Source of the DNA: a virus
Reading direction: 5' to 3' (one strand)
DNA: 64,000 nucleotides
IMG/VR virus record: IMGVR_UViG_3300045988_150584
Shown: positions 8,739-17,833 of the stretch, piece by piece
How positions within the stretch are numbered: position 1 is the stretch's first letter
Layout of the letters: every line of letters starts with the position of its first letter
Notes under the pieces: model-generated
Database searches by the model: none
Seen by the model: the letters and a program-made list of their open reading frames with translations, nothing else
Told to the model about the DNA's origin: nothing
Position numbers and translations under genes: made by a program

Positions 8739-11035
8739 TTACAGAAATTCGGAAAAGAGACGGTCGTATTGAACCGTTTGATGCAAGTAAAATTGCCAAT
8801 GCAATTACAAAGGCGATGGTATCTGTCGATGAAGTCGATGGCGATGTAGCTTTGCGCGTTACAAGCAAAATCTCAAATTCTAACCTTTCTGGAGTTGTTG
8901 ATGTTGAGCAGATTCAGGACATGGTTGAAGACGGTTTGATGGGAAGCCGCTGTAAGAAGACTGCGAAAGCTTACATCAAGTATCGTGAGAAACGCAATCA
9001 GGAGCGCCAGAAGAACAACGAACTGAATAAGCAGATTGAAGATATCCTCTTGTGCAACAATGTTCAAAACCAGAACGCAAATGTCGATGAGCATTCGTTT
9101 GGCGGCAGAAAATTTGAAAGCGCAAATGTACTCCACAAAAATATTGCAATGAATGTGTTTGTACGACCTGAGGTTGCGCAGGCTCATAGGGAGTCGAGAA
9201 TCTATCTGCACGATTTGTCAGAGTACGATATTGGAGATCATAACTGCCTATTTGCAGATCTTGGACGATTGCTCCATAACGGCTTTGCCACAAGAAATGG
9301 TGATGTTCGCCCAGCAAACAGCTTTTCTACGGCCTGCCAGCTTATCGCTGTTATTTTCCAGATTCAGAGTCAGGTTCAGTTTGGCGGAGTCGCATCTTGC
9401 CATATTGACTATGATCTTGCTCCGTTTGTGAAAAAGAGTTTTGTCAAAAAGTATGTCATGGCTCTTGTAAAAGCAAGCGCAGAATTTGGAGAAACTGACT
9501 TTTCTATTATGACAGATGAAGAGCTTGATGATTTTATCAAGAAAATCAAGCCTGTAATTTTAGAGCGCGTCGGTTTATCCGAAAGCGATATTTATATCGA
9601 CAACAAGGCGAACCTTGATCCTGTTATGTACAATCAGGCGTATTTTGACTTGATGTGTGAGGGCAAACAGTCGGCACAAAGCTTGTATCACAATCTGAAC
9701 ACATTGGAAAGCCGCGCGGGATCTCAGATTCCGTTTACATCAATCAATTTTGGTACGGACACATCGACAGAGGGCAAGCTCGTTTCAAAGTGGCTTATGG
9801 CTGCAAGTCTTGATGGTATTGGCAAATATCACCTCACACCAATTTTCCCAATCAGTATCTTCAAGTACAAAAACGGTGTGAACGCTCATAATGGTGATCC
9901 GAACTACGATATCAAAAAGCTTGCCATTAAGTCACTGAGCAGAAGAATTTATCCCAATATTGTCAACTGCAATTTCTCAGGAAACATTGAAGAACCTGGC
10001 AATCCAGATACGGAGATGGCAACAATGGGTTGTAGAACGATGATGGGATATGACAGAAATGGGCTTGGATATTCTAAACTTGGGCGCGGAAATGTTTGCC
10101 CGACTACAATCAATCTCCCGAAGCTTGGTATCAAACATGGTATTTGTCTTGGCGAGCGTGATACCGCTGATTTAGACGGATTCTGGGAAGAGCTTGACGA
10201 AGTGCTACATCTTACAGAAATGTCCCTTGTAGACCGATTCTATCATGTGTGCAAACAGTCCGTTGCCTCTGCAAAGTTTATGTATGGCAATGGAACGATC
10301 GCAGATTATGATAAGGCTTCTTATAAGGGCATTTACGAAGCGATGAAGCATGGAACTCTCGCCGTTGGCTATATCGGTATTGCAGAGATGTGTCAGGCGC
10401 TTTTTGGAAAAGATCATTCTGAAGATGATGAGGTCTGGAAGTTTGCATTGAGCGTCGTAAAACACATTTATGATTTTTGCGTAGAGGCAAGCGAAAAGCA
10501 CGGGCTGAACTTCTCATGCTATGCTACGCCGGCAGAAAATCTGTGCCGCACTTATGCTACTGCTTTGAAAAAGGAATTCGGTGTAATTCCGAAAGTAACA
10601 GATCGTGAGTATATCACAAATTCTCACCATGTTCCCGTTTGGCAGAAGGTATCTATCTACAGAAAGCTTGAATTGGAAGCTCCGTTCTGCAAGTATCCGA
10701 CTGGCGGCTGCATTACCTATATCGAACTGGAAAGCTCGATTATGAAGAACGAAAGGGCTGTTGAAGATATCATTGACTACGCTATGTCGCTTGATATTCC
10801 GTATCTTGCATTTAACTTCCCGATTGACTCATGCCTCAAGTGTGGGTATCAGGGTGAGATTGGATATAACTGCCCCAAGTGCGGCAATACGGAAATTCAG
10901 CGTCTTCGTCGAGTTACCGGATATCTTACGACAGATTACCGTAATTTCAATGCTGGAAAAATCAAAGAATGCCTTGATCGAGTTAAGCACAGCAACTATA
11001 CAGACTTCAATCAAATGAAGGATGATGCTGAGTGA
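8735..11035 (+). CDS. nrdD: anaerobic ribonucleoside-triphosphate reductase
   Basis: ATG 8735 lies 6-8 nt after AGGAGG and overlaps the previous stop. ATP-cone N-terminus MITEIRKRDGRIEPFD. C-terminal Zn ribbon CLKCG..CPKCG and glycyl-radical motif RRVTGYL. Confidence 0.92.
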   Translation: MITEIRKRDGRIEPFDASKIANAITKAMVSVDEVDGDVALRVTSKISNSNLSGVVDVEQIQDMVEDGLMGSRCKKTAKAYIKYREKRNQERQKNNELNKQIEDILLCNNVQNQNANVDEHSFGGRKFESANVLHKNIAMNVFVRPEVAQAHRESRIYLHDLSEYDIGDHNCLFADLGRLLHNGFATRNGDVRPANSFSTACQLIAVIFQIQSQVQFGGVASCHIDYDLAPFVKKSFVKKYVMALVKASAEFGETDFSIMTDEELDDFIKKIKPVILERVGLSESDIYIDNKANLDPVMYNQAYFDLMCEGKQSAQSLYHNLNTLESRAGSQIPFTSINFGTDTSTEGKLVSKWLMAASLDGIGKYHLTPIFPISIFKYKNGVNAHNGDPNYDIKKLAIKSLSRRIYPNIVNCNFSGNIEEPGNPDTEMATMGCRTMMGYDRNGLGYSKLGRGNVCPTTINLPKLGIKHGICLGERDTADLDGFWEELDEVLHLTEMSLVDRFYHVCKQSVASAKFMYGNGTIADYDKASYKGIYEAMKHGTLAVGYIGIAEMCQALFGKDHSEDDEVWKFALSVVKHIYDFCVEASEKHGLNFSCYATPAENLCRTYATALKKEFGVIPKVTDREYITNSHHVPVWQKVSIYRKLELEAPFCKYPTGGCITYIELESSIMKNERAVEDIIDYAMSLDIPYLAFNFPIDSCLKCGYQGEIGYNCPKCGNTEIQRLRRVTGYLTTDYRNFNAGKIKECLDRVKHSNYTDFNQMKDDAE

Positions 11036-11565
11036 ATGTATCTGGCATTAACTTTGAATCCATAGCGGATGGTGATGGTGTTCGGGTTGTGGTGTATATT
11101 AGCGGCTGTTTGCACAACTGCAAGGGATGCCACAATCCAACATCCCACTCTTTCATGGCTGGCAGACCTTTTACAGAAGAGCTGCAGCGTGAGGTTATAG
11201 AGTACATCAAGAAAACACCATTTATTTCTGGATTAACATTAAGCGGTGGAGATCCTATGTATTCTGCAAGTGAGCTTGTGCCGTTTGTGACAGCTTTGAA
11301 AGAGGATATAAAAGATATCTCCGTGTGGATTTACTCAGGATTTAGCTATGAAAAAATACTGGAAAACAGTGAAATGCTAAGTCTTTTATCATTGTGTGAT
11401 GTGCTTGTTGATGGAGAGTTCATTCTTGAGCAGAGAGATATGACGCTTTGCTATAAAGGAAGCTCAAATCAAAGAATCATTGACATTCCCAAATCGCTCT
11501 CATCTGGAGAGATTATTCTATGGAAAAGCGAGGTAGTCGCAGTTGAACAGAATTGCAAAGTTTGA
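11032..11565 (+). CDS. nrdG: anaerobic RNR activating enzyme (radical SAM)
   Basis: CxxxCxxC cluster CLHNCKGC. GTGA overlap with the nrdD stop. Typical size. Confidence 0.85.
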   Translation: MNVSGINFESIADGDGVRVVVYISGCLHNCKGCHNPTSHSFMAGRPFTEELQREVIEYIKKTPFISGLTLSGGDPMYSASELVPFVTALKEDIKDISVWIYSGFSYEKILENSEMLSLLSLCDVLVDGEFILEQRDMTLCYKGSSNQRIIDIPKSLSSGEIILWKSEVVAVEQNCKV

Positions 11566-12082
11566 AAAGGTGAGCAAGCAGCAGTTCGCGGAAGCTATGC
11601 TTAACACCTTTGGAAATATTTTTACAGCAAACATTGATGATGTATCGCTCCCTGTCCGTGCGACCTCTGGATCGGCAGGATATGATTTTGTCAGCCCAAT
11701 TTCATTTGAACTTGCCGCTGGTGAGTCAATCAAAGTCCCAACTGGTATCCGTGTTAATATCCGAGAAGGCTGGTGGCTCGCTATTGTTCCTCGTAGTAGC
11801 CTTGGCTTCAAGTATCGGATGCAGCTTGATAATACCGTTGGTGTAGTCGATAGCGATTATTACCATTCAGATAATGAGGGACATATTTTCGTGAAAATTA
11901 CAAATGACAGCCGCGATGGAAAGTCACTTGTGGTAAACGCGGGTGATAAATTCGCGCAGGCCATTTTTCTTCCTTATGGCATTACATATGACGATGCAGC
12001 AAGTGGGATTAGAAATGGCGGTTTTGGATCTACGAATACTCCCCATGTAATTGAGTTTGGACAGGCAGAAAAGGTCGGCTAA
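11543..12082 (+). CDS. dut: dUTP diphosphatase (trimeric dUTPase)
   Basis: Motifs GSAGYD, PRSSLG, GVVDSDY and GGFGST. Confidence 0.9.
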   Translation: MNRIAKFEKVSKQQFAEAMLNTFGNIFTANIDDVSLPVRATSGSAGYDFVSPISFELAAGESIKVPTGIRVNIREGWWLAIVPRSSLGFKYRMQLDNTVGVVDSDYYHSDNEGHIFVKITNDSRDGKSLVVNAGDKFAQAIFLPYGITYDDAASGIRNGGFGSTNTPHVIEFGQAEKVG

Positions 12083-12087
12083 ATAGC

Positions 12088-12861
12088 GTGGAATTAGACA
12101 GAGTTTATAATGTGGACTGTCTGATCGGAATGAGGGAGATTGCGGATGAATCTATTGATATGATCTTTTGTGATCTCCCTTATGGGGTAACTAAGAACAA
12201 GTGGGATTCTGTTATTCCACCAGAATTGCTCTGGGCGCAATACAAAAGAATCATCAAACCAAATGGTGCAATCCTTTTGTTCGGTCAAGATAAGTTTACG
12301 GCTAAGATGATGTTGTCAAATGAAAAACTACATCGTTACAACATCATTTGGCGTAAGGTTTTGAAAAGCGGATTTCTGAATGCGAACAGAATGCCGCTAC
12401 GAGAACATGAAGATATCATGGTCTTTTATAAATCGCAGCCAGTCTATAATCCACAAATGGTAAAAGGACAAAAGAATCATAGTAAAGGTAAAGCAAAGGG
12501 CGAAAATGCGGAAGATATTCTGAATAATCGCGTGTACGGTGCGTATAAAGTCGTAGAAACGACCGGAGACATGAAACACCCGTCTTCGATTTGGGAGTTT
12601 CCAAAGTCTCATCCGTCTGTTGCAATCAGCTCAACTGAGAAACCTATTGAACTATGCAGATATGCAATTCGCACCTTTACGAATCCAGGCACAGTTGTTC
12701 TTGATAATTGTTGTGGTTGTGGTTCTATTCCGATTGCTGCAAAGCTTGAAGGACGTCATTACATAGGCATGGATAATGGCGTTTGCGATAATAAAAAGAG
12801 TAAATATTTTGGAATGCCTTGGGCTGATGTTGCAACACAGCGCTTGGCGGAAATTGCGTGA
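12088..12861 (+). CDS. DNA methyltransferase (beta-class N6-adenine/N4-cytosine)
   Basis: Catalytic CDLPYG (DPPY-type), STEKP (HPTxKP-like) and AdoMet motif VLDNCCGCGS. Confidence 0.8.
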   Translation: MELDRVYNVDCLIGMREIADESIDMIFCDLPYGVTKNKWDSVIPPELLWAQYKRIIKPNGAILLFGQDKFTAKMMLSNEKLHRYNIIWRKVLKSGFLNANRMPLREHEDIMVFYKSQPVYNPQMVKGQKNHSKGKAKGENAEDILNNRVYGAYKVVETTGDMKHPSSIWEFPKSHPSVAISSTEKPIELCRYAIRTFTNPGTVVLDNCCGCGSIPIAAKLEGRHYIGMDNGVCDNKKSKYFGMPWADVATQRLAEIA

Positions 12862-12869
12862 GGTGTGAT

Positions 12870-13043
12870 ATGTACTATTGTGTTGGCAGATGCGGTTCTG
12901 AGATTCTTGTAGAGCTTGGTTGCAACGGAGAATGTGTAGCGACTTGTGGTTACTGTCGCTGTATGCAGGGCGATGAATGTTTTGATCCTACGGAGCTTTG
13001 TGATGGCTGCTCAATGTGCAAAAGCGAGGATCGTTATGCCTAA
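12870..13043 (+). CDS. small Cys-rich protein
   Basis: ATG follows GAGGTG. 57 aa with about 12 Cys (CVGRCG..CNGEC..CGYCRC..CDGCSMC). Confidence 0.45.
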   Translation: MYYCVGRCGSEILVELGCNGECVATCGYCRCMQGDECFDPTELCDGCSMCKSEDRYA

Positions 13044-13290
13044 TGAAAATTTGAACTTAGTTCCAGCAATTCGCGCGATTGAAGAACAAATTAGCGAGCT
13101 GAATAGTGAATATGTAAAGAAGATTACACCATACAAAGAGAGTTTAGCTAAGCTCAAAGAAATCAATACAGCTTGCGAAACATGCTGTGGAACAGGAAAA
13201 GTGTTTAGGCGTTCATGCGCAGAAGACGAGGGAGACTACTATACATGTCCAGACTGTAAGGGTTCTGGCAAATGTGCAGATCATGTTTAA
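13036..13290 (+). CDS. small protein with DnaJ-type CxxCxGxG zinc finger
   Basis: The ATG overlaps the upstream stop. CETCCGTGKV...CPDCKGSGKC. Confidence 0.55.
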   Translation: MPNENLNLVPAIRAIEEQISELNSEYVKKITPYKESLAKLKEINTACETCCGTGKVFRRSCAEDEGDYYTCPDCKGSGKCADHV

Positions 13291-13660
13291 GCTTATAATC
13301 GCTGGCGGGCGTGATTTTAACAACTATGACGGCATGTCGAAATGTCTTGACCGTCTGCTGAAAAACATCAACGATAATATTGAAATTGTTTGTGGTATGG
13401 CTCGCGGCGCAGATCGTCTTGGAGAACGCTATGCAAAAGAGCATGGCTATAAAGTAATCTACATGCCTGCCGATTGGGATTTGTATGGAAAATCTGCTGG
13501 CTTCAAACGCAATGTACAGATGGCTGAGTATGCAGATGCGCTCGTTGCTTTTTGGGATGGAGTATCGTCCGGTACGAAACATATGATAGAAACAGCGCAA
13601 AAGATGGGACTTGATGTGCGCGTAAAAAAGTACCTAATGGTAAAGAGGGATTCCACATGA
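13283..13660 (+). CDS. SLOG / DUF2493-like (DprA/LOG-fold) protein
   Basis: The ATG overlaps the upstream stop. IIAGGRDF...GMARGADRLGERYAKEHG...ADALVAFWDGVSSGTKHMI resembles the DUF2493 family as I recall it. Confidence 0.55.
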   Translation: MFKLIIAGGRDFNNYDGMSKCLDRLLKNINDNIEIVCGMARGADRLGERYAKEHGYKVIYMPADWDLYGKSAGFKRNVQMAEYADALVAFWDGVSSGTKHMIETAQKMGLDVRVKKYLMVKRDST

Positions 13661-13812
13661 ATGAGCTTAAAAAGTATGAAGAATTGAAAAACAAGCTACA
13701 TGATGCGGTAAATGAATTATGTGTATTATGCGGAAAGTATCAGTTTGAGCATATTGGTATGTGTGATGGGTGTAGATGGAAGCAGGAAAAACACGCATGG
13801 ACGAAAGAGTAA
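13657..13812 (+). CDS. small zinc-ribbon-like protein (51 aa)
   Basis: Hand-translated: MNELKKYEELKNKLHDAVNELCVLCGKYQFEHIGMCDGCRWKQEKHAWTKE. ATGA overlap with the upstream stop. Below the ORF-track size cut-off. Confidence 0.4.
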   Translation: MNELKKYEELKNKLHDAVNELCVLCGKYQFEHIGMCDGCRWKQEKHAWTKE

Positions 13813-13928
13813 ATAATAGTATCTGCCCGTTTGTCCGCTCTGGCGAATGTGATGTTCCTCCGTGTAATTCGTGCTTTTTATACCATTTGAGTTGTCATGA
13901 AGATAAAAAGGAGCAGCGAGAAAATTGA
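13797..13928 (+). CDS. small Cys-rich protein (43 aa)
   Basis: Hand-translated: MDERVNNSICPFVRSGECDVPPCNSCFLYHLSCHEDKKEQREN. Fills the gap and overlaps both neighbours. Confidence 0.3.
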   Translation: MDERVNNSICPFVRSGECDVPPCNSCFLYHLSCHEDKKEQREN

Positions 13929-14809
13929 AACGACCAGAAATCACAAAGCAATTATCAGAGCTGTTAGAAAAACACATTGATCCGCATAACGATCCGCGTG
14001 TGTATTGGGCAAAAGAAGTGACATTTGATTATGCAACAAGCAATACCGTAAGAGTTGACTACATGCTTTTCAAACCAATAAACAACTCCGTTTCTGGCAT
14101 TGAAAAAGGAGATTTCTCTTGCTATGAGATTAAATCCTCCGTCGATGATTTTCACTCGAAAAATGGACATAACTTTATTGGCGATAAGAACTACTATGTC
14201 ATGCCAGAGAGCGTGTTTGAGAATGTGAAAAATGAAATCCCTTATTTTGTTGGTGTCCTATGCCCGCGTCAGGTATTTAGCGGTAGCTCTACATATCAAC
14301 TTGTCGTTGTGAAAAACGCAAAGAAACACGACCGTACAAAATCAGTCTCAGAAATGCTGTTAATGATGTGGCGCTCATCCAGACGCGAAATTGTTAAAGC
14401 AAGGCGTATTAAGAAAGTGGAGGAAGTAATGGAAACTGATGTTTTAATCAAAAATCTCCGTGAAGCTGCAAATAAATGGGACAGAGATAACCCAAATCCA
14501 CCGACATTCTCGACGGTTTATTCTGCTGCTCTGCGTGATGCAGCAAGCAGATTAGAAGAGTATGAGAAGATTATTTCGGAGACGCAGAAGCCGAACAATG
14601 TACTTAGCATCGAAGATCTTCAGCGTATGAACGGGCAACCAGTGTGGATTGAAGATATTCATGAGTGGGCTATCGTTTCTGTTGATGAGAATGGTTATTA
14701 TGAGGGTATCCCATTTGCACAAGGACATTGTTTTAACTGGAATATTAAAGATCGAAACCTGAAATGTTATCGGAAACCGCCAGTCAGTAACACTCAGGAG
14801 GATAACTAA
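13925..14809 (+). CDS. hypothetical protein (possible PD-(D/E)XK-like N-terminal domain)
   Basis: AAAGGAG lies upstream of the TTG start. VDYMLF...CYEIKSS is a possible D...ExK arrangement. No firm assignment. Confidence 0.45.
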   Translation: MKRPEITKQLSELLEKHIDPHNDPRVYWAKEVTFDYATSNTVRVDYMLFKPINNSVSGIEKGDFSCYEIKSSVDDFHSKNGHNFIGDKNYYVMPESVFENVKNEIPYFVGVLCPRQVFSGSSTYQLVVVKNAKKHDRTKSVSEMLLMMWRSSRREIVKARRIKKVEEVMETDVLIKNLREAANKWDRDNPNPPTFSTVYSAALRDAASRLEEYEKIISETQKPNNVLSIEDLQRMNGQPVWIEDIHEWAIVSVDENGYYEGIPFAQGHCFNWNIKDRNLKCYRKPPVSNTQEDN

Positions 14810-15231
14810 TGGAGCGGCTGACCAATAAACGCGAGGCAGACGCTCAGCGTAAGGATTACGAAAATCGTATTAAAAACGGTTATCCTCGCAACATTCCGGA
14901 AGAGCGTTTTCTTCGCCTCGCGGCATACGAAGATACAAAGATGCCTCCAGAACTCGTTGAAAAGGTGGCCAAGTTTGCAATGTGGGTAAATGAAAGTGGG
15001 ATTGACCGACTACGGCATCTTGCAGAAGCAGACGAAGAAAATCGTATTATTATCTTGCCCTCAAAAGAATACCAAAAGAAATTACAAGAAGCATTTAACA
15101 TCGTTGTAAAGTATGGTTTTTGTAGCGATTGCGTACAGAAATACGATGGAACACTTTGTCACCAATGTGATTGTTTTCAGAATGGCGTTGATGTGATTAG
15201 ACAAGCTTTATTTGGATCGGAGAATTTGTAA
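14809..15231 (+). CDS. hypothetical protein
   Basis: AGGAGG 8 nt upstream. Start overlaps the upstream stop. LAAYEDT motif common in Firmicutes phage ORFs. Confidence 0.65.
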   Translation: MERLTNKREADAQRKDYENRIKNGYPRNIPEERFLRLAAYEDTKMPPELVEKVAKFAMWVNESGIDRLRHLAEADEENRIIILPSKEYQKKLQEAFNIVVKYGFCSDCVQKYDGTLCHQCDCFQNGVDVIRQALFGSENL

Positions 15232-15534
15232 ATGCCGGAATATATTTCAAAGGATGCGGCATTTCAGAGGTTGCTTTGTAAAGAAAGCGAATTCCACCAT
15301 TGGAATGACTATAATCTTGCTCAATATATCATTGCGCAGATTGTTCCAGAAGATGTAGTTCCAGCCACGCATATACAAAAACTTGGTAATATTGTTCAAA
15401 CAATAAAAAATGGGCGGGCTTGTAGAACCTTTTCGTGCTGCGGAACTGACTGTACAGAAATGACATCATGGATGTGGCCTAAATACTGTCCTTGGTGTGG
15501 CGCTAAATTGAATGGTGGTGTCTGTAATGCCTAA
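15232..15534 (+). CDS. hypothetical protein with C-terminal zinc ribbon
   Basis: GGAGAA SD. CCGTDC...CPWCGAKL. Confidence 0.6.
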   Translation: MPEYISKDAAFQRLLCKESEFHHWNDYNLAQYIIAQIVPEDVVPATHIQKLGNIVQTIKNGRACRTFSCCGTDCTEMTSWMWPKYCPWCGAKLNGGVCNA

Positions 15535-15808
15535 ATACACAGAATTATCTTCCCTTTTAGAAAAGCTTCAGACAACAAGCATAGTCACAGATGATTTGTA
15601 CGGCATGGGGATTATGAGTGGCATGGATGCTGCGAGAAAGATTGTAGCTGAACAACCAATCATAGACGCAGAGCCGGTTGTAAGATGTCAGCATTGTAAG
15701 CACCATGATGATGGTGAGAATTACATTTATTGTTGGCTGTTAAAAACAAAATGTCCGAATGATGCAGATTTCTTCTGCGCTTATGGTGAAAAAGAAAGCG
15801 GTGGCTAA
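15527..15808 (+). CDS. hypothetical protein
   Basis: The internal ATG after GGTGGTG overlaps the upstream stop. CQHCKHH...C Cys motif. Confidence 0.55.
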   Translation: MPKYTELSSLLEKLQTTSIVTDDLYGMGIMSGMDAARKIVAEQPIIDAEPVVRCQHCKHHDDGENYIYCWLLKTKCPNDADFFCAYGEKESGG

Positions 15809-15809
15809 T

Positions 15810-16124
15810 ATGGCGATGAAAATTGGATATATTCAAGAGATTGATCTTCAACTTAACCCGCAGTGTAAAGAACGATTCCGTTTCAGAGAAGCATCGTTTA
15901 CTCGAAGAATTTCAAGTCGTGGAGACCGTGTGTATTCCAAAATGCTTGCACTTCCAGTTGACTACGAAGAAATCGTAGACAATGCAAACATTATGAAGAA
16001 AAATAGCAAAATCATTTTAGTACGAGAACCATTCTTACTCGATGACGAACTGCGCAAGAAAGTTACAGAATGGGTTGAGTGGGCAAACACAGCAGACCCA
16101 CACGAATACGATCCGTTTGCATAA
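15810..16124 (+). CDS. hypothetical protein
   Basis: The ATG follows GGTGG just after the upstream stop. The longer ORF-track N-terminus overlaps the neighbour. Confidence 0.55.
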   Translation: MAMKIGYIQEIDLQLNPQCKERFRFREASFTRRISSRGDRVYSKMLALPVDYEEIVDNANIMKKNSKIILVREPFLLDDELRKKVTEWVEWANTADPHEYDPFA

Positions 16125-16138
16125 GAGAGGTTTTCACA

Positions 16139-16315
16139 GTGGATAACGAAAAATACACGCAAACGAATAGCACAAACGAGCCTGTTCATTGCAAGGACTG
16201 CCAGCATCTTATGTTTTCCGATTGTTACGGAGAATGTACAAAGTGTCATTTAGGAATTGTGCGGCCAGATGATTCTTGCGAATTTGGCGAAAGGAGAGCT
16301 ACAACACATGTCTGA
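16139..16315 (+). CDS. small Cys-rich protein (58 aa)
   Basis: GTG 7 nt after AGAGAGG. CKDCQH...CYGECTKCH. Confidence 0.45.
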   Translation: MDNEKYTQTNSTNEPVHCKDCQHLMFSDCYGECTKCHLGIVRPDDSCEFGERRATTHV

Positions 16316-16868
16316 AAACCGAAAGCTGTATATCGCAGACTGGCATTATGCACATGCAAACATTCTTGCATTTGATAATCGTCCGTTTAAGACAGTAGAA
16401 AAAATGAACGAAGAGCTTGTTAAGCGTTGGAACGCTGCGGTCGATCCTGGCGATACGGTTTATGTGCTTGGTGATATGTTCTGGTGTATTTCCTCTCAGG
16501 CCGTACCAATTCTGCAAGCATTGAACGGTCAGAAATTTCTTATCAAAGGAAATCACGACAGATCAAACGATGGCAAGTTTGTAAAAGAGTTTGCAAAAAT
16601 TACAGAATACCTTGAAGTAAATGATAATTTTAGAAACATCGTGCTTTGCCATTATCCTATTCCATGTTTCAAAAATCATTATTACGGTTGGTATCACCTA
16701 TATGGGCATGTACATAATTCGTTTGAGTATCAGATGATGGAGCATGACAAATATCTGATGCAGGAATTATACGGAAAGCAGTGTCAAATGTTTAATGTAG
16801 GTGCAATGATGCCGTATATGGATTATACGCCACGAACCCTTGATGAAATCCTAAAAGGAGCAAGTTAA
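16308..16868 (+). CDS. metallophosphoesterase
   Basis: ATG after AAAGGAG. Motifs ADWHY, LGDMFW, GNHD and GHVHN. Confidence 0.75.
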   Translation: MSENRKLYIADWHYAHANILAFDNRPFKTVEKMNEELVKRWNAAVDPGDTVYVLGDMFWCISSQAVPILQALNGQKFLIKGNHDRSNDGKFVKEFAKITEYLEVNDNFRNIVLCHYPIPCFKNHYYGWYHLYGHVHNSFEYQMMEHDKYLMQELYGKQCQMFNVGAMMPYMDYTPRTLDEILKGAS

Positions 16869-16873
16869 ACAAT

Positions 16874-17374
16874 ATGGAAAAATTCTATGTGATAAAACCT
16901 GAGTGTGGATTTTACAAGCAGGTATTCGACTATTTAGAAAACGCGCAGATCGTAAACAAATTGTTTAATCAGTTCTCTCATGATATGGGAATCGAATCCA
17001 ATCTCTATTATGCCAGTAATGACACGGTGTCAATCGTACCGACAGCAAAAGACAAAGAGAAATTTGCAAATCAATTCAAAAAATATGCTGACGGCGCGAC
17101 AGGTCTAATGTTCTTCAAACAGAATAGCAAGGTTTATAAGGAATGGATCGCTTTATTGAAAAAGAATAATTTGAAAGTAAAGTGCCGTCCGCAGCCAGGA
17201 TTCTATTTTGGAATTTGGGGCAGAGGAAGTTCCCGTTTATTTGAACACGATGGGAAACTGTATATGTCATTAAATTACAATGAAGATTTTGAAGATCCAC
17301 AGGATTGTGAGCCTATTCTTGGCAGTGAGTTTTACAAGGTATTAGAGGAACTCGAACATAGCGAAAAGAAATAA
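16874..17374 (+). CDS. hypothetical protein
   Basis: 166-aa ORF that fits the tight gene packing. No motif recognised. Confidence 0.6.
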   Translation: MEKFYVIKPECGFYKQVFDYLENAQIVNKLFNQFSHDMGIESNLYYASNDTVSIVPTAKDKEKFANQFKKYADGATGLMFFKQNSKVYKEWIALLKKNNLKVKCRPQPGFYFGIWGRGSSRLFEHDGKLYMSLNYNEDFEDPQDCEPILGSEFYKVLEELEHSEKK

Positions 17375-17385
17375 TGAGGTGAAAT

Positions 17386-17833
17386 ATGAACACAGGAGTA
17401 ATGTTCTCATCGAAGTCTATGAATTGGGCAACACCGCAAGACTTCTTTGATAAACTCAACTCCGAGTTTCACTTTACCCTTGATCCGTGCGCAGACAGTG
17501 AAAACCATAAATGCGCTACATATTACACAGAGCGCGAAAATGGTCTTGCACAGTGCTGGGGGGGGGCAAACGGTCTTCTGTAATCCGCCATACGGAAGAG
17601 CGATTAAGGATTGGGTAAAGAAATGCTCGGAAGAATCGTTAAAGCCAAATACAACGGTTGTAATGCTGATTCCAGCACGAACCGATACGAGTTATTTCCA
17701 CGATTATATCTATCAAAAACCAAATGTCGAAATTCGGTTTATTCGTGGACGATTAAAGTTCGGAGATGGAAAAAACTCCGCCCCGTTCCCAAGTATGGTG
17801 GTTATATTCAAATCTAAAAAGGATGAAACATAA
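17386..17833 (+). pseudogene. Dam-family (phage N6A) DNA adenine methyltransferase, frame-shifted at a G9 tract
   Basis: Two overlapping ORFs (17386-17583 and 17447-17833) together read WATPQDFFDKLNSEFHFTLDPCA...LAQCWGG / QTVFCNPPYGRAIKDWVKK...PARTDTSYFH...FIRGRLKF. They join in frame if the G9 run were G8. Confidence 0.8.
17558..17566 (+). repeat. homopolymeric G9 tract inside the methyltransferase gene
   Basis: Counted directly: ctg ggggggggg caaacgg. Confidence 0.9.
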
